DNA of 63,647 nt, the filler included, from Octopus bimaculoides (taxonomy: Eukaryota), in the NCBI RefSeq assembly GCF_001194135.2. It is 6 parts of 6 records of this genome, joined end to end, with 100 filler letters (N's around TTAATTAATTAA, not from the genome) between each part and the next. Parts side by side here need not be neighbours in the genome. Positions count along the whole stretch, not along the records: positions 15,284 to 32,756 come from NC_068994.1; positions 32,857 to 56,451 come from NC_068986.1; 4 more parts are not named here. One strand, 5' to 3'. The notes below the pieces were generated by a model. That model was not told where the DNA came from. It was given only the letters and a program-made list of their open reading frames with translations, and searched no databases. Shown here in pieces: positions 23,401 to 36,235 of this stretch. The position numbers were made by a program, and so were the translations under genes. The first letter of the stretch is position 1; each line of letters opens with the position of its first letter.

Positions 23401-24479
23401 CGACTTATATTGAGAGAAAATATATTGATAGGAGGGTCATGAATTTCTCAAAGGTCTTTGGTTTTTAGTTTGTGTGGCTTTGATAGCATTAGACATCAAG
23501 CAATCGAAGTGAATTTCTCAGATACGTCTCTGAATCTCTTCAAATAGATTATTTCACCAGCATAAAAAAACGTTACGAGAGCCTCAATTGCCAACTATCC
23601 AATAAACACAAAAAGAAGCTGGTTAAACGTACTTCATCGAAATTACTGCGTTGATCAATCAAAGATCGAATTTTTAAGGATCACTCAGTCCAGTGTAACG
23701 AAGTATTTGTTCGCAACGGTTTGAAAGAGCTGTAATTGTATTGACTATAACGCCCTTTCCATTTTGTCTGGGACCATGAGTCGGACTAACAAACTTTTTT
23801 AAACATTACCTTGATTTATGCAATTTATATACTGTTTTATGCTCTTTTGCTTCCCTTCATTAAATCATTTATTTTACCACTTTGTGGTTCAATTTAACTT
23901 TATGAAAGAGAAAGAGAAAGATTAAGAACTAAAACGAAAGAATAAAAATAAACTATAAGCGTAGGCCTACAATTAGAAATAGGAAAAAGTGTTGTAAGGC
24001 AGCGGTGACATTGTACTTTCTGCTAGCGTCGCAGTGCTTGCTTTGGGAGAACATAGTAAAACTGGAACGTTGCTGCTGCTGCTGCTGCTGTTGCTACCGC
24101 TGCTGCTACCGCTGCTGTTGTTGTTGAAGTTATTGTTGCAGTCGTTGTTAACGTTGTTGTTGCTGTTGTTTCTGTTATTATTGTCGTTGATGCTACTGCT
24201 GTTGTTGTTGTTAATGTTATTATTGCAGCTGTTGTTGCTGCTGCTATTGTTGCTGTTGCTGTTATTGTTGTTGTTGCTAATTCTGTTGTGGTTGCTGTCG
24301 TTTGTGGAGCCACAATCCAACGCTGATCAACCAAAACTATGATCTAAGGCGTTCCAGCCTTGACGACCCAGTTTTTTTTTCTTCTGATATCTGTTGTCGG
24401 CTGTTTTTTTCTACTCCGTATTTCGAGCAATTCACAAGATACGTCTTCGACAAAACAGTTGGTCCAGTAGTATTTGTTA

Positions 24480-24605
24480 CCAGCTTTGACCCTCCGCAAA
24501 ATCCCAAATTTTATTTAATTTGCTTTGAACTCAGAACATGAAGACAGACGAAATGCCGATAAGTATTTTGCCCAGCGTTCTAACGGTTCTGCCAGCTCGT
24601 AGCCC
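24480..24605 (-). mobile_element. SINE family B, head fragment
   Basis: Reverse complement of GAGCTGGCAGAACCGTTAG..CTGAGTTCAAA. Confidence 0.7.
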
Positions 24606-25006
24606 TATACAGACTTTATTATTAACCTTTTATGACGATCATGCATGATGCTTTATCAGTGTTCTAATTGCTCTTGGTGTTTAGTCTCCGGTCAGTCTTG
24701 CTTGAATAATACCATAACCAAATGTGTTACAGTCATGACCACCTCATCTTGTATCTTTTATAGATATAAAGTAAAATCTCATGAACTCTTTTTTAAAGAT
24801 AATAAAGGTGAATTGGCTGTTATTTCTAGTCCATTGAGCGCCCATATATAGATTCCTTCCATGGCAATTCGTCTGAATCAATACAGTTGGCTAATTTTTG
24901 TGCTACACTGCAACTAAATTCAAATATTTTTTATACAATGTTCTAGTTAGTTTTATTAATCTTTAATTTTTTTTTATATTCTCCCTACATGTTAACTTTA
25001 ATCTAT

Positions 25007-25210
25007 AAGGCGGCGAGCTGGTAGACTCGTTAGCACACCAGAAAAAGTGCTTAACAGTATTTCGTCTGTCGCTACATTCTGAATTCAAATTCCGCCGGAA
25101 TGGATCTTTCATGGTCGATAAAGTAAGTACCAGTTGAGTACTGGGGATCCACGCAATCGACTTATCCCCTCCCCAATATTGTTGGCCTTGTGCCAAAATG
25201 TGAAACCAAA
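25007..25210 (+). mobile_element. SINE family B
   Basis: AAGGCGGCGAGCTGG..GAATTCAAATTCCGCC..GGCCTTGTGCC. Confidence 0.85.
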
Positions 25211-25410
25211 ATGTCAACACTAATTTAATAATTGCTATTTCATGAAGTAAAAAGTTCTTCTCTAAAAATATTTAACTATACCAAAATGTCTACAATCTTC
25301 CATATTTACGTAATGATTGTCACATCACTATTTCAGCGAGTACGATAAAAACACTACGAAACGTGTACGCGATTGTCTCCTGTACTTGCCAGAAAAATCA
25401 AAAAATTGAT

Positions 25411-25620
25411 TTCAAATTCTGGCACAAGGTCAGCAATTTCGGTGGAGTGGGTAAGTCGATTACATCGATCCCAGTGCTCAGTTGGTACTTATTTTATCAA
25501 CCTCGAAACGATGAAAGACAAAGTCAACCTCAGCGGAATTTGAACTCAGAATGTAAAGGCGGACAGAAATGTCGCTAAGCGTCTTGCATTGCGTGCTAAC
25601 GATTCTACCAACTCGTCGCC
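25411..25620 (-). mobile_element. SINE family B
   Basis: Reverse-complement homologue of 25007-25210. Confidence 0.85.
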
Positions 25621-25642
25621 CTGATAATAATAATAATGATCT

Positions 25643-25854
25643 TTTCTACTGAAGGCACAAGGCCTGGAATTTTAGGGAAGGGGGATAGTCGATCACATCG
25701 ACTCCAGTACTTGACTGGTACTTAATTTATCGACCCCAAAAAGATGGAAGGTTAAGTCGACCTCGGTGGAATTTGAACTCAGAACGTAGCGACGGGCGAA
25801 ATACCGCGAACGATTTCGCCCGGTGTGTTAACGATTCTGTCAGCTCACCGCCTT
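25643..25854 (-). mobile_element. SINE family B
   Basis: Reverse complement of the B head and body, adjacent to an (AAC)n(AAT)n tract. Confidence 0.85.
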
Positions 25855-25878
25855 AACAACAACAACAACAACAACAAC

Positions 25879-25920
<42 letters not shown>

Positions 25921-26699
25921 CTAGACAAAGAGCGCGATACGAATGCAATAGATATTTTATTGGTTGAACGATATTTCGACCACAAGCCTGTTTCTGTCGA
26001 GTTCAAAATGAAAAGTGATAAAAATTCAAAATTATAGAAATTCAAATCTAAAATCTAAAATATGAACGAGAGCAACCAGCGTTCACACGCTGATGGAATG
26101 ACATCATCGGTCTTTAAGTTTCAATTTTATAACAGGCGAAAAGAAAAAGACAGAAAAAAAAGGAAAAATTACTGAAGTGATTAACTGGCGCCGAAATTTC
26201 GCTGGCATCTCAAATGTATTGCTTGAAAGTTATCAGCATGTTGCGGAAACATCCTCGTTTCAAATAAATATTTCCTCAGCCGCCTATTGTAGCCTTTAGA
26301 AGGAATAAAAATATAAGAGAACTCAGAAGAGTCAATGGCCAATCCAAAAACAGGCAGACAGAACTCTTGAGCCTTGGTTGACAGTCTGTCTATGAGATGA
26401 AACTCTCTGATTTAAAACTGAGGTAGATAGGACTCCTTAGTCACAGTGGTGACAACCTGTCAGTGTCCAACGGTTTCATGCTTGCGGAGCAATATTTGGA
26501 TGAAGATACGTGACCAACTGACGCTCACCTGTCTCCTAGTGAGAATCACAATCATAGTCCCCAACACACAGAAATGCGAAGGGAACAGGCCCAACTTAGG
26601 GGTAGTAAGAGCTTTGCATTCTTGGTTGAAAACCTTACTACTCGATAAAAATACCGGTTGGTGGTTAACCTTAAAATAGTGTTGAGTGAAAATGTCTAA

Positions 26700-29575
26700 T
26701 ATCAAATGTATCAAATAATGGTGATAGTGAGGCTGGAACCAAAGGTGAAAGCCTTTCGCCCACCAGGTGCCCCGTGGTTGAACAGCGCAGGTCCGGTCGT
26801 CATCATGAGATTGCTTGTATTCGAGATTATTTGGGCTGCTGTTATGTTTGCTGCAGATAGAGTTGGATACAAAAGAAAAGAACAAACAGAACGTAAAGAA
26901 CCATACTGGCGAAGACGAATTTGTGAGAAATGAAGTTAAAAAGACATTTAGGACAAGTTGATCGACTGAGAAGAGGGAATTGCTGAATGAAAGTATAAGA
27001 ATAATGCTGGAAAGAAGATATAGAATAAGAGATAAAAGTTATTATGTTATATTGGATGAATTGAAACAAAGCTTAGTAGCAATCAAGCAAAATTGGAAAG
27101 ATATGACAATAGAAAAACAAATGTTCAGGCAAAACAGATTGTTTGAAGCAAATAAGAAGAAACTGTTTCAGAAACTAGATGGGCACATACACGTAACAAT
27201 GATACCAGATGCAGAGGAAAGCAAAGCATTCTGGAGAAGGATCTAGGACCAACCTGTAGAGCATAATGATAAAGCGGAATGGCTGTATGAAATCCAAGAT
27301 AGGTTAAGAAACATAGAAGTCCAAGAAGACAAAAGATAACTACAGAAATGATAAAAAAAAACAGTTAACAAAATTCCCAAATTGGAAGAGCCCCGGACCG
27401 GATGGGGTCCAAGGTTATTGGACGAAGAAGCTGAGAGGGCTCCATGAAAGGATAGCACAACAGCTAGATGAGTGCTTGCAGGAAGGCGCAGTGCCAATCT
27501 GGATAACAAAGGGAAAGACGTTGTTATGTGTCAAAGATCCTGAAAAGGGAAATGTTGCATCTAACATGCCTTCCGCTAATGTGGAAACTTACGTCAGATG
27601 CTTTGACTGGTGAACTATAAAGATACTTGCAAAAAAGTGGGCTGTTACCCTTTGAACAGAAAGGGTGCCGAGGAAGGAGCCGGGGAACGAAGGATCAGCT
27701 CTTAATTGATAATCTAATTATCAGGAACTGCATGAGAAGGCATACAAACTAGAACATGGCATGGATTGACTATCGCAAAGCATACGATATGATACTACAC
27801 TCCTGGATAATTAGAACAACGGAAATATATTGAGTAGCAGAAAATATGAGAAACCTTATATGGAATAGCATGAAATGCTGGAGAACGGAATTGATAGCAA
27901 GGGAGCAAGTATTAGGAGAGGTGAAAATCAAGAGAGGAATTTTCCAGGGGGACAGTGTCCCCCCACTTATATTCGCACTGGAAATGATCCCTTTGAGTGA
28001 AATACTACAGAAAACAAAGTTGGGACATGATCTGGGAAGTAGTAAGGGTAAACTGAACTACTTGCTATTCTTGGACGACCTGAGGCAGAACTGGACAGCC
28101 TTGTCCAGTCTGTGCAGATTTTCTCCAATGATATTAAGATGGAGTTTGAACTCTCAAAATGAGTTACGATGGTGATGAGACGAGGAAAACCTGCCAGGAC
28201 AGATGGCATATTGTTGCCAAATGGTTGAATGATGGAGGCAAGTCAAACTCAAGGGGAATACTTGAGGCAGATGGAATCAAACACCACGATATGGAGGAAG
28301 AGACAAAAAGGGAGTACCTGCAGCGAGTGAGAAAAGTATTGGCGTCAAAGCTGAATGCCAGAAACATTAGTTTTGGCAATAGAATTGCGCGCAGTCGCAG
28401 TTGTTCGGTATGATGCTGGCATCCAGAAGTGGACAGGGGAAGAGCTAAAGGAGATGGACAGGAAGTCAAGAAAGCTCCTAACGATGCATGGAGCCCATCA
28501 TCCACGTACAGACACTGACCGCTTATATATAAAGAGAGCAAATGGAGGAAGGGGACTGATAAGTGTGGAAGAGTGCGAGCGTATCGAACTCGAGATTTTA
28601 ATGAGATACCTAGCCCAAAATAAGAAAACTTTGCCAGTGACAGTTAGGAACGAAAGAGTATTGAGAGCAGAGAAAAAAGGGAAAGCAAAGGAAGAAGTAC
28701 AAGGACATGAAGAATTACACACAAATTTTAAGCAATCAATTCTAAGTAGCCACAACAGAAGTTGTTGGGAGAATAGATGAGATTGGCTGATGAAAGGAAC
28801 CCTAAAACGTGCGTGAGACCGAGAGCACTATGTTGGCAGCGTAAGACTAAGGTTTGGCCACGAACAGGAGGGTCAACCTTAGGAATGAGCAATTGTCTTC
28901 GCTGTGCCGCATCTGCAATAGAATGGATGAAACCATTGCCCATATCACGAACGAATATCCTAAACTTGCCCAAAACCACTACAATTTGAAGCAACAAGCA
29001 CAGGTAGCGAAAGTGCTACATTGGAAAATGTACAAAAAGTGAGGGCTAGACAGAGGCAAGACGTGGTATGAGCACAAACCACAGAGAGTGATAGAGTCGG
29101 AGACTAGCAAAATCCTCTGGGATTTCCCAATCCAAACAGATCAGGTACTAGAGCATAACAGACCGGGTCTAGTGGGGTTAGACAAGGCGCACCACATATG
29201 CTATATAGTCGATGTTACATACCCCTTTGACCCACGAACAATCAAGAAGGATGGCGAAAAGATAGACAGATACAACCCTCTCGAGTATGAAATAGCCCAG
29301 CTATGGAAAATGAAGAAAGTGAAGATAGTGCCAATTATTGTTGGGTCCTTGGGAACAGTATCAGAAGGCATCAAGAGGAATATAAAGGAAATTGGAACAG
29401 AGTGCCCAGTTCTCTGTTACAAAATTTTTCCTCCTTGGAACAGCCAGAATAATCAGGAAAGTATTAGATAGCTGAAAAGAACGAATAGCATGGTACCGTA
29501 GGCTGCAGGTATTAAGCCCGCTGCACATATAAGACTCCAGGAGTCCCAACAAAACCTGAGATAAGAGAAAATATA
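26700..29575 (+). mobile_element. R4/Dong-type RLE non-LTR retrotransposon, decayed but largely complete ORF
   Basis: RT motifs [31 protein letters not shown] and LLFLDDL. CCHC knuckle CRICNRMDETIAHI. RLE motifs KILWDFPIQTD..NRPG..IVDVTYP and VPIIVGSLG. The 3' UTR runs into (TAA)n at ~29575. The 5' boundary is uncertain. Confidence 0.92.
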
Positions 29576-29627
<52 letters not shown>

Positions 29628-29631
29628 TAAT

Positions 29632-30171
29632 ATGCCATGGCGCAGTACCAGGCAGTGACTCTCATGGCTTCTGATCTTAACTGATTGGAAGTGTTATCAT
29701 GTACTTTGTTTTGTCTTGGTACAAAAGATGAGCTACAGCAAATATTCTGCTTAATACCACAGATTTTCTTGTCAGCTGGTTGACCTTAACCAGTTGAACA
29801 TGTCTCTTAGTGGCTGACGGTATGTGCATCTCTGATCACGAGAAGAAGTGGGGAAGCATCATAGCCATATGTCGAAAGGAATTCTTTGGAGTTTGCATAA
29901 TTCACCTCTGGAAACGTGTGTTTCATTCAACATCCTAAAACAACCCTTATTGAAGGACCTTTCGACCTGAAGAAAATTCTAACTGGGCCCCATCTGCAGG
30001 GTCATGCACTGTTTATCTTGATATGAGATCACCATGTCGCGCACATATGGTTGTGATGCATGTGCCTAGTGTACACTTATCAGCCGAATAGTCATGATGG
30101 GTATATATAGTCATGAGCTTTGTATATTTTACCCCAGTGTCACTTTGATGTCATGCACTGACCTTTCACTC
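29632..30171 (+). mobile_element. Non-coding repeat family D, ~540 bp, longest copy in the window
   Basis: Starts right after (TAA)n and ends CACTC|AATAATAAC. It has four homologues in the window and no ORF. Confidence 0.85.
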
Positions 30172-30419
30172 AATAATAACGGTTCCAAATTTTGCAGAAG
30201 CCAGCAATTTCGGAGGAGGAGCTAAGTCCAGTGTTCAACTGGTACTTGTTCTGCCACCATACCATCTTATGGAATCAAAATTTTAAGAATGTCTTCTCGT
30301 CATTGAGTAACTTTACTCTATTTTCTTCTTATTACCTTTTTAAATGCTTTTTTTAGGTAATGTGTAAATATTAACTTGGATATGCTATATAGTTGTAACA
30401 TATCTCTATATTTTTACAG

Positions 30420-30601
30420 ATATAAAAGTGAAATTTAGCTACTTCACGAGAAATGATACATATCAGATGAGATTGTCTGATTCGGAGAATAAATTAGTGC
30501 AGAGGAACATTACCTTGAATAATGAATATTGGATAACTGAAAAATTGCAGTTGCGCAAAACGTATAAAATTAAAGTAAGGGTATGTGAGAAAAATATAAA
30601 G
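30420..30601 (+). CDS. Candidate internal coding exon (phase 1-0), fibronectin type III-like
   Basis: Acceptor ctctatatttttacAG and donor AAG|GTGAGT flank an open frame xIKVKFSYFTRNDTYQMRLSDSENKLVQRNITLNNEYWITEKLQLRKTYKIKVRVCEKNIK. It has an FN3-like L-x4-Y-x-I-x-V pattern and sequons NDT and NIT. Confidence 0.6.
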
Positions 30602-30971
30602 GTGAGTTAGTCTTTCATGTTAATTTCAGCATCACATTAAGGTTCAAACTGGAGATAGATATAAGAGTCAGCGGGTCAGCCTCTGTATGGTTTCGGGGCT
30701 TGCTACAACTACGAGTCAGTCGTCTTAAATCACATCAGAGAGTGTTAACTAATAAAAGGAGACAGATAAAGTGATCCTACATACACCTAAAATGACGATT
30801 TTCATGACAGCAGCACTTTTGATCATAGAATCTGCTGAATCATGATAGACCTGAGGCACAACCTTATACATACATACATACATACATACATACATACATA
30901 CATACATACATACATACATGCATACATGTTTCTGGGTATGTATATATGTATATATGTATGTATCTATCTAC

Positions 30972-31044
<73 letters not shown>

Positions 31045-31048
<4 letters not shown>

Positions 31049-32010
31049 ATTTGCACAAGAAATGTTTAGGATACAAGTTAATTAGCAAACGAATACATAT
31101 TAGCGTAAACACAGTTGCCAAAGTAGTTCAGAAGTATAAAGCTACTAGACGACTAAGCAATAAACGTTGTCTAGGTCGTCCTATTTTAACTGCGCGTGAT
31201 ATTCGCAACATCCAACGTTGCGTGATGGATAACGGGTGTCGTACCGCTTCATCTTTGGCCCAAGAAATGTCATCTGTTAGTGAAAAGAGTGTATCCGCCC
31301 AAATAGTTCGCCGAAGTTTGAACCAATGCGGTCTTCATAGACGCGTTACTCGTAAGAAGCCTCTCCTCACTACCAGGCATAAATCAAGTCATCATTCTTT
31401 TGCCGAAACCAATGTGAGTAAGGGGAAGAAGTTGTGGAATAAACTTTTTTTTCTGACGCGACTAAAATCTACTTGTCTGTGTCAGATGGTATTAAACAAG
31501 TATGGCGAGGACCAGGCAAAGATAACAGCGACAAATGCACCGTGCCAACTGTGAAACACGGCGGTGAAAGTGTTATGCTTTCGGAATGCATGAGTGCAGC
31601 TGGTGTGATAGGACTCACATTTATTGAGAGAAGAATGGATTCAAGGCTTTATTGTGACGTATTGCAGAAAGCAATGTTGAAAAGCATCAAGGAACTAGGA
31701 AAACATTCCATGTTCCAACATGATAATGCCCCTAAACACACTTCAAAGATTACGACTAAGTTTTTATCAGATAAAAAGGTAAAGGTATTGCCTTGGCCTA
31801 CCATATTACCTGGTTTAAAGCCAACAGAACATCTGTGGGGTGTTTTGAAAAGGAAGGTTGGAGAGAAAAAAACCCTGCAGTGTAACATTGTTGAAAGACA
31901 TCATTCAGGATGAATGAAAGTCGATTTCATCGGGTACATGCGAAACTTTAGTCGATTCTATGACCAGAAGACTTAATGCAGTGTTTGAGAGCAAGGGCGG
32001 TCACGTAAAA
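31045..32010 (+). mobile_element. Tc1 (DD34E) transposase pseudogene
   Basis: ORFs 30946..31554 and 31473..31913 give GRP..RKKPLL, (F)SDATK, TVKHGG, FQHDNAPKHTS and WP..EHLWGVLKRKV. There are 34 residues between the second D and the E. Confidence 0.92.
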
Positions 32011-32084
32011 AAATCGCCGTAAACAATCACAGTAATGAAAACATGGGAATCCAAAATTTTTAGAAATGCAGGTCTGGATTCGAC

Positions 32085-32208
32085 CTGGAATGTTTTAAAT
32101 TCAGTCAGCCTGAATCCAAAATGGTATATGTTGGGCTACGGCTTCTAGGAGTAAAGTTGAAAAAGTATGACACACTGACACACTGACATTCACATTTATT
32201 ATATGAGA
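32085..32208 (-). mobile_element. Helitron-like 5' end fragment
   Basis: The minus strand begins A|TCTCATATAATAAATGTGAATGTCAGTGTGTC. A similar end lies at ~32696. Confidence 0.5.
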
Positions 32209-32490
32209 TATGTTTAATTTTGAGGAAACTATATTTCAGTTGAAGTGTATTTTATATATATATGTGCGCGCGCGCGCGTGTGTGTTAAAGAAAGCAAAAA
32301 TTAAAACAAAAAGGATAGTGTTCAGTAGTTGTTTCAGTATGCTGGCCACAGGGATTTCTGTCCAGGAAAGTTGTACATCATCTCCCACTTTCTCTCTCTT
32401 TTTATTACTCCCATTGTCACCATCAACACTACTACTTTTAATAAAACATCACCAACCCTCCCTAAATTTCTTTGTCTCTCTTTCTATCCC

Positions 32491-32551
<61 letters not shown>

Positions 32552-32944
32552 GTTTTCACCACCACCCTCATCGTCTCTATGCCTGCTATTACTCTCACCC
32601 CAGCACGAGGAAGTGTCATTGAATAATGAGTGGTGGGTGGGTCAAAGTGTGACACACTGACACACAGAAATTAGTTTTCGCATTTATTATATTAGATGTT
32701 TAATTTTTGGGAAACTGCATTTCAATTAAAGTGTATCATATATATATATACATATGNNNNNNNNNNNNNNNNNNNNNNNNNNNNNNNNNNNNNNNNNNNN
32801 TTAATTAATTAANNNNNNNNNNNNNNNNNNNNNNNNNNNNNNNNNNNNNNNNNNNNTATGTATATATATATATGTGTGTGTGTGGGAGATAACAATGAAA
32901 GTATTAAACTGAAAGTATTATCTTACATTAGAATAGAGATGTTA

Positions 32945-33105
32945 TAGTTTCACTTTTGACACGTAATACTGAAAGAGATAAGAGATTGCACCGGCCTCGC
33001 ATTAGGCAAGAAGTTGAAATTTGTGGGGGCATGACACTGCATTGACCCTAAGCAAGGCTGGTGCAACATTGGAATGAAATCGGTTGGCTAGCTCTCGAGT
33101 TTTTA
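32945..33105 (-). mobile_element. Internal fragment of the Helitron family seen at 20051-21270
   Basis: Collinear with ~21037-21205 (TTTCACTTTTGACACGTAATACT..GCAAGAAGTT..GAATGAAAT..CTCGAGTTTT). Confidence 0.7.
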
Positions 33106-33574
33106 CTCGTTTAGCAGCACAAGCCTTACTTTGAGACGAAGAGTCACGCTGTATAAAGAACAAATTCGTTTTTCTCAATACAGGCAGATAGCACTGAGTG
33201 AACATATCGAGAGATGCGGAAGAAAGAAAACGCCAAATTTCCATACCTTTCCATTATACCAATGCAAAAGATTCAATCTCCTTACAATAACATCTAAACA
33301 AGGAAAACTTGTTTATACAAAAGTACAAACCACCACTTAATATACAAACTTGACCACTTCAAAACATATACTGAGGAGTTAGTTGTCCCCCTTGCCACCT
33401 GTTACTTCCCTTGGTCCACTCTCTAGACTCGTTGTTATTTTCAAGTATCCAAAATGGCAAGACCCCTTTGTCACAAGAATTAATTACTTCACAATGTCCC
33501 TTGAGAAGTTAATTTATATAGCGAAAGCCGGTTGGATATCACGACTTCCATATATGTTTTCCACATATATTCAA

Positions 33575-33614
<40 letters not shown>

Positions 33615-34015
33615 CATATATAAATATATTCATATACGTATATACACATAGACACATATAAATATACACACATTCGCACACACACACACGTGCGCAGCAC
33701 GCTTCTTTCGGTTTCTGTCTACCATTGCCACACGCAAATTTGGTCCGCTGCTACAGGAGCAGGAAGTAAGTCTTTTATTTACACGGCCACGCCGCAGACA
33801 TTTTGAGTGGAAATGCGAATATATACACAATCTGTGAAAGATGAGAATCACATTAAATTTTGATTCCGTCATCCATTTTATTAAATATTCGCTATGATTA
33901 TCCTCTTTGAACGAACACACATTTAATAAGTGATAATTTCCTTATTTTATTTTTCTTTAATAAATCACATATTTCCTTAGTTTGTTTCTTTTCTTTCAAT
34001 TACTATTATTATTAC

Positions 34016-34068
<53 letters not shown>

Positions 34069-34070
<2 letters not shown>

Positions 34071-34111
34071 GAATGAGAGAGCAGTGCATGCCATCTAAGT
34101 GACACTGGGGT
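34069..34111 (-). mobile_element. Family D terminal ~43 bp fragment embedded in (TTA)n
   Basis: GAATGAGAGAGCAGTGCATGCCATCTAAGTGACACTGGGG is the reverse complement of the 30130-30171 end. TTA repeats lie on both sides. Confidence 0.8.
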
Positions 34112-34130
34112 ATTATTATTACTATTATCC

Positions 34131-34183
<53 letters not shown>

Positions 34184-34987
34184 ATTATTATTATTATCAT
34201 CATCATTATTATCATTGTTGTTGTAGTGGCAGTAGTAGTAGTTGTTGTTGTTATTGTTGTTGTTATTGCTGTTTTCGTCATCATTGTAATCCTCGTCCTC
34301 CTCCACTTTCTCCTCCACTTCCTTCTCCACTTCCTCCTCGTCATTTTGCTCGAGTCCCTTTTCACACGTTTTAGACCTGAATGAAGCAAACAGACTTCCA
34401 TGTGAAATGTTTCTGAAATCAAGTTTTCATCGTTATCGATTGAGTTTGAAAATAATCCATAGGCTAATAAGAGCTGAAAACTTACGTCAAAATGGCTAAA
34501 ACAGAAAACATAAAACGAAAGAGATTTGCTGTGGATTACTTTCTATATTTTTCGGTTTTGCTTTGCAAATTAGTTTCGTTTTTATTTATTTACTGATTTA
34601 ATTATTTATTTATCTATTTATTTTTTATTTTTGGGAGTGTTCTGTCTTTATCTGTTCTATAAATACGTTTCGATGTCAAATTGGTATTTTGATGCTATAG
34701 CAACAGAAAGCATCATTTTCATCTCGGATATTCCTATATTGTTTTACAGTATACTCAAGGTTTACATTACACATCAGTTAGTAACTTTTGTTATGCATGA
34801 AATGAATAAGCGCATGTACACGTACATACACATTCACATAGACGTACATACAAACATGCGCACACACATATTGACACACATGTGCATGCACGTTCTAATA
34901 TCTACATATGTATGTATATATATCTAACATATCTATTTGTTTTCTACACCACCCGTCTTCGTCTGTTGTTGTTTTGTGAATTCTCCC

Positions 34988-35027
<40 letters not shown>

Positions 35028-35333
35028 NNNNNNNNNNNNNNNNNNNNNNNNNNNNNNNNNNNNNNNNNNNNNNNNNNNNNNNNNNNNTAAACGCTGGGTT
35101 TCTTTCGTATTGTTATATTGCATTATGTTGATAGATACCATATGTTTGTATCACGTTATGTTGTGATGTGACATTTTATCATATTCCTTGTTGAAGCAAG
35201 ACGTACCAAGTGGATTTTTGGCAACCGATATAATGATTTGCACTATGTTTGAATGTATGTACGTACATATATATGTATGTATGCGTGTATGTTGATTGGT
35301 AGGTACGTAGTTAGGTAGGTGGGTTCGTTTGTG

Positions 35334-35364
<31 letters not shown>

Positions 35365-35377
35365 TTATGTATGTATG

Positions 35378-35441
<64 letters not shown>

Positions 35442-35488
35442 NNNNNNNNNNTATACATATATATATATATATATATTTATGTATGTAT

Positions 35489-35535
<47 letters not shown>

Positions 35536-35986
35536 CATTATATACGCTCTAGTATGGCCGCAGTCACATGGCTGAAACAAGTAAAAGAATATATATATAC
35601 ACACTTATATATAATAATTATAATTGATGAAGTAAACAGAATTGGCACTATTCTTCATTCAGTATTACAATCGTTTCGACTTATCCTACAACTGTTCGTT
35701 ATGGGTAGGATTTTGTACATCTAATTGTGTTGCATCTACAAGCATAAAAAAGGGCATGTCCCGCTAGATATACTGAGATGTTCTAGGCATATTGTTCGTG
35801 CCTGCTGTATCTTGCTTTCCGTTTTCGTCACCAGTTATTATTATCTCAAATGATACTGCAGAATTCCTGAAGTAGATCCAGTGGAAGCATACCCCGACTG
35901 TGGATGATATCAGGTCGCCCAAACTATGAACGTGCTTTACTCAAGATACTAATTGTAATATACTCATTAGTCCCTCAAATTATATA

Positions 35987-36235
35987 TCTATACTATATAT
36001 AAAACAGAGATGTGTGTGTAATCGCTTTTCACGTGAAATCGACTTCACCAAATGCTTCCATACTTGTAATGCATGAATAATTTGACCTCGGATAAATCTT
36101 AGGCTCTTCATTTGATTTTTTTAATTAAAAATAAATAATATTGCTTCATATTTAAGATTCACTTCTTTTAAAAGGTTCCTCAATGTCAACTTCCGGTATT
36201 GACGTAACAACCGCAAAAAGCTTCACTTTCTATTT
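35987..36235 (+). mobile_element. Helitron-like 5' end (continues into a gap)
   Basis: A|TCTATACTATATATAAAACAGAGATGTGTG resembles the 5' end of the 20051-21270 element. Confidence 0.5.

Noticed and set aside
24645-24851. Cys-rich short ORFs resembling EGF repeats (also ~35663-35780 and 53100-53247)
   Set aside because: Cys spacing does not fit EGF patterns well and the splice signals are weak.
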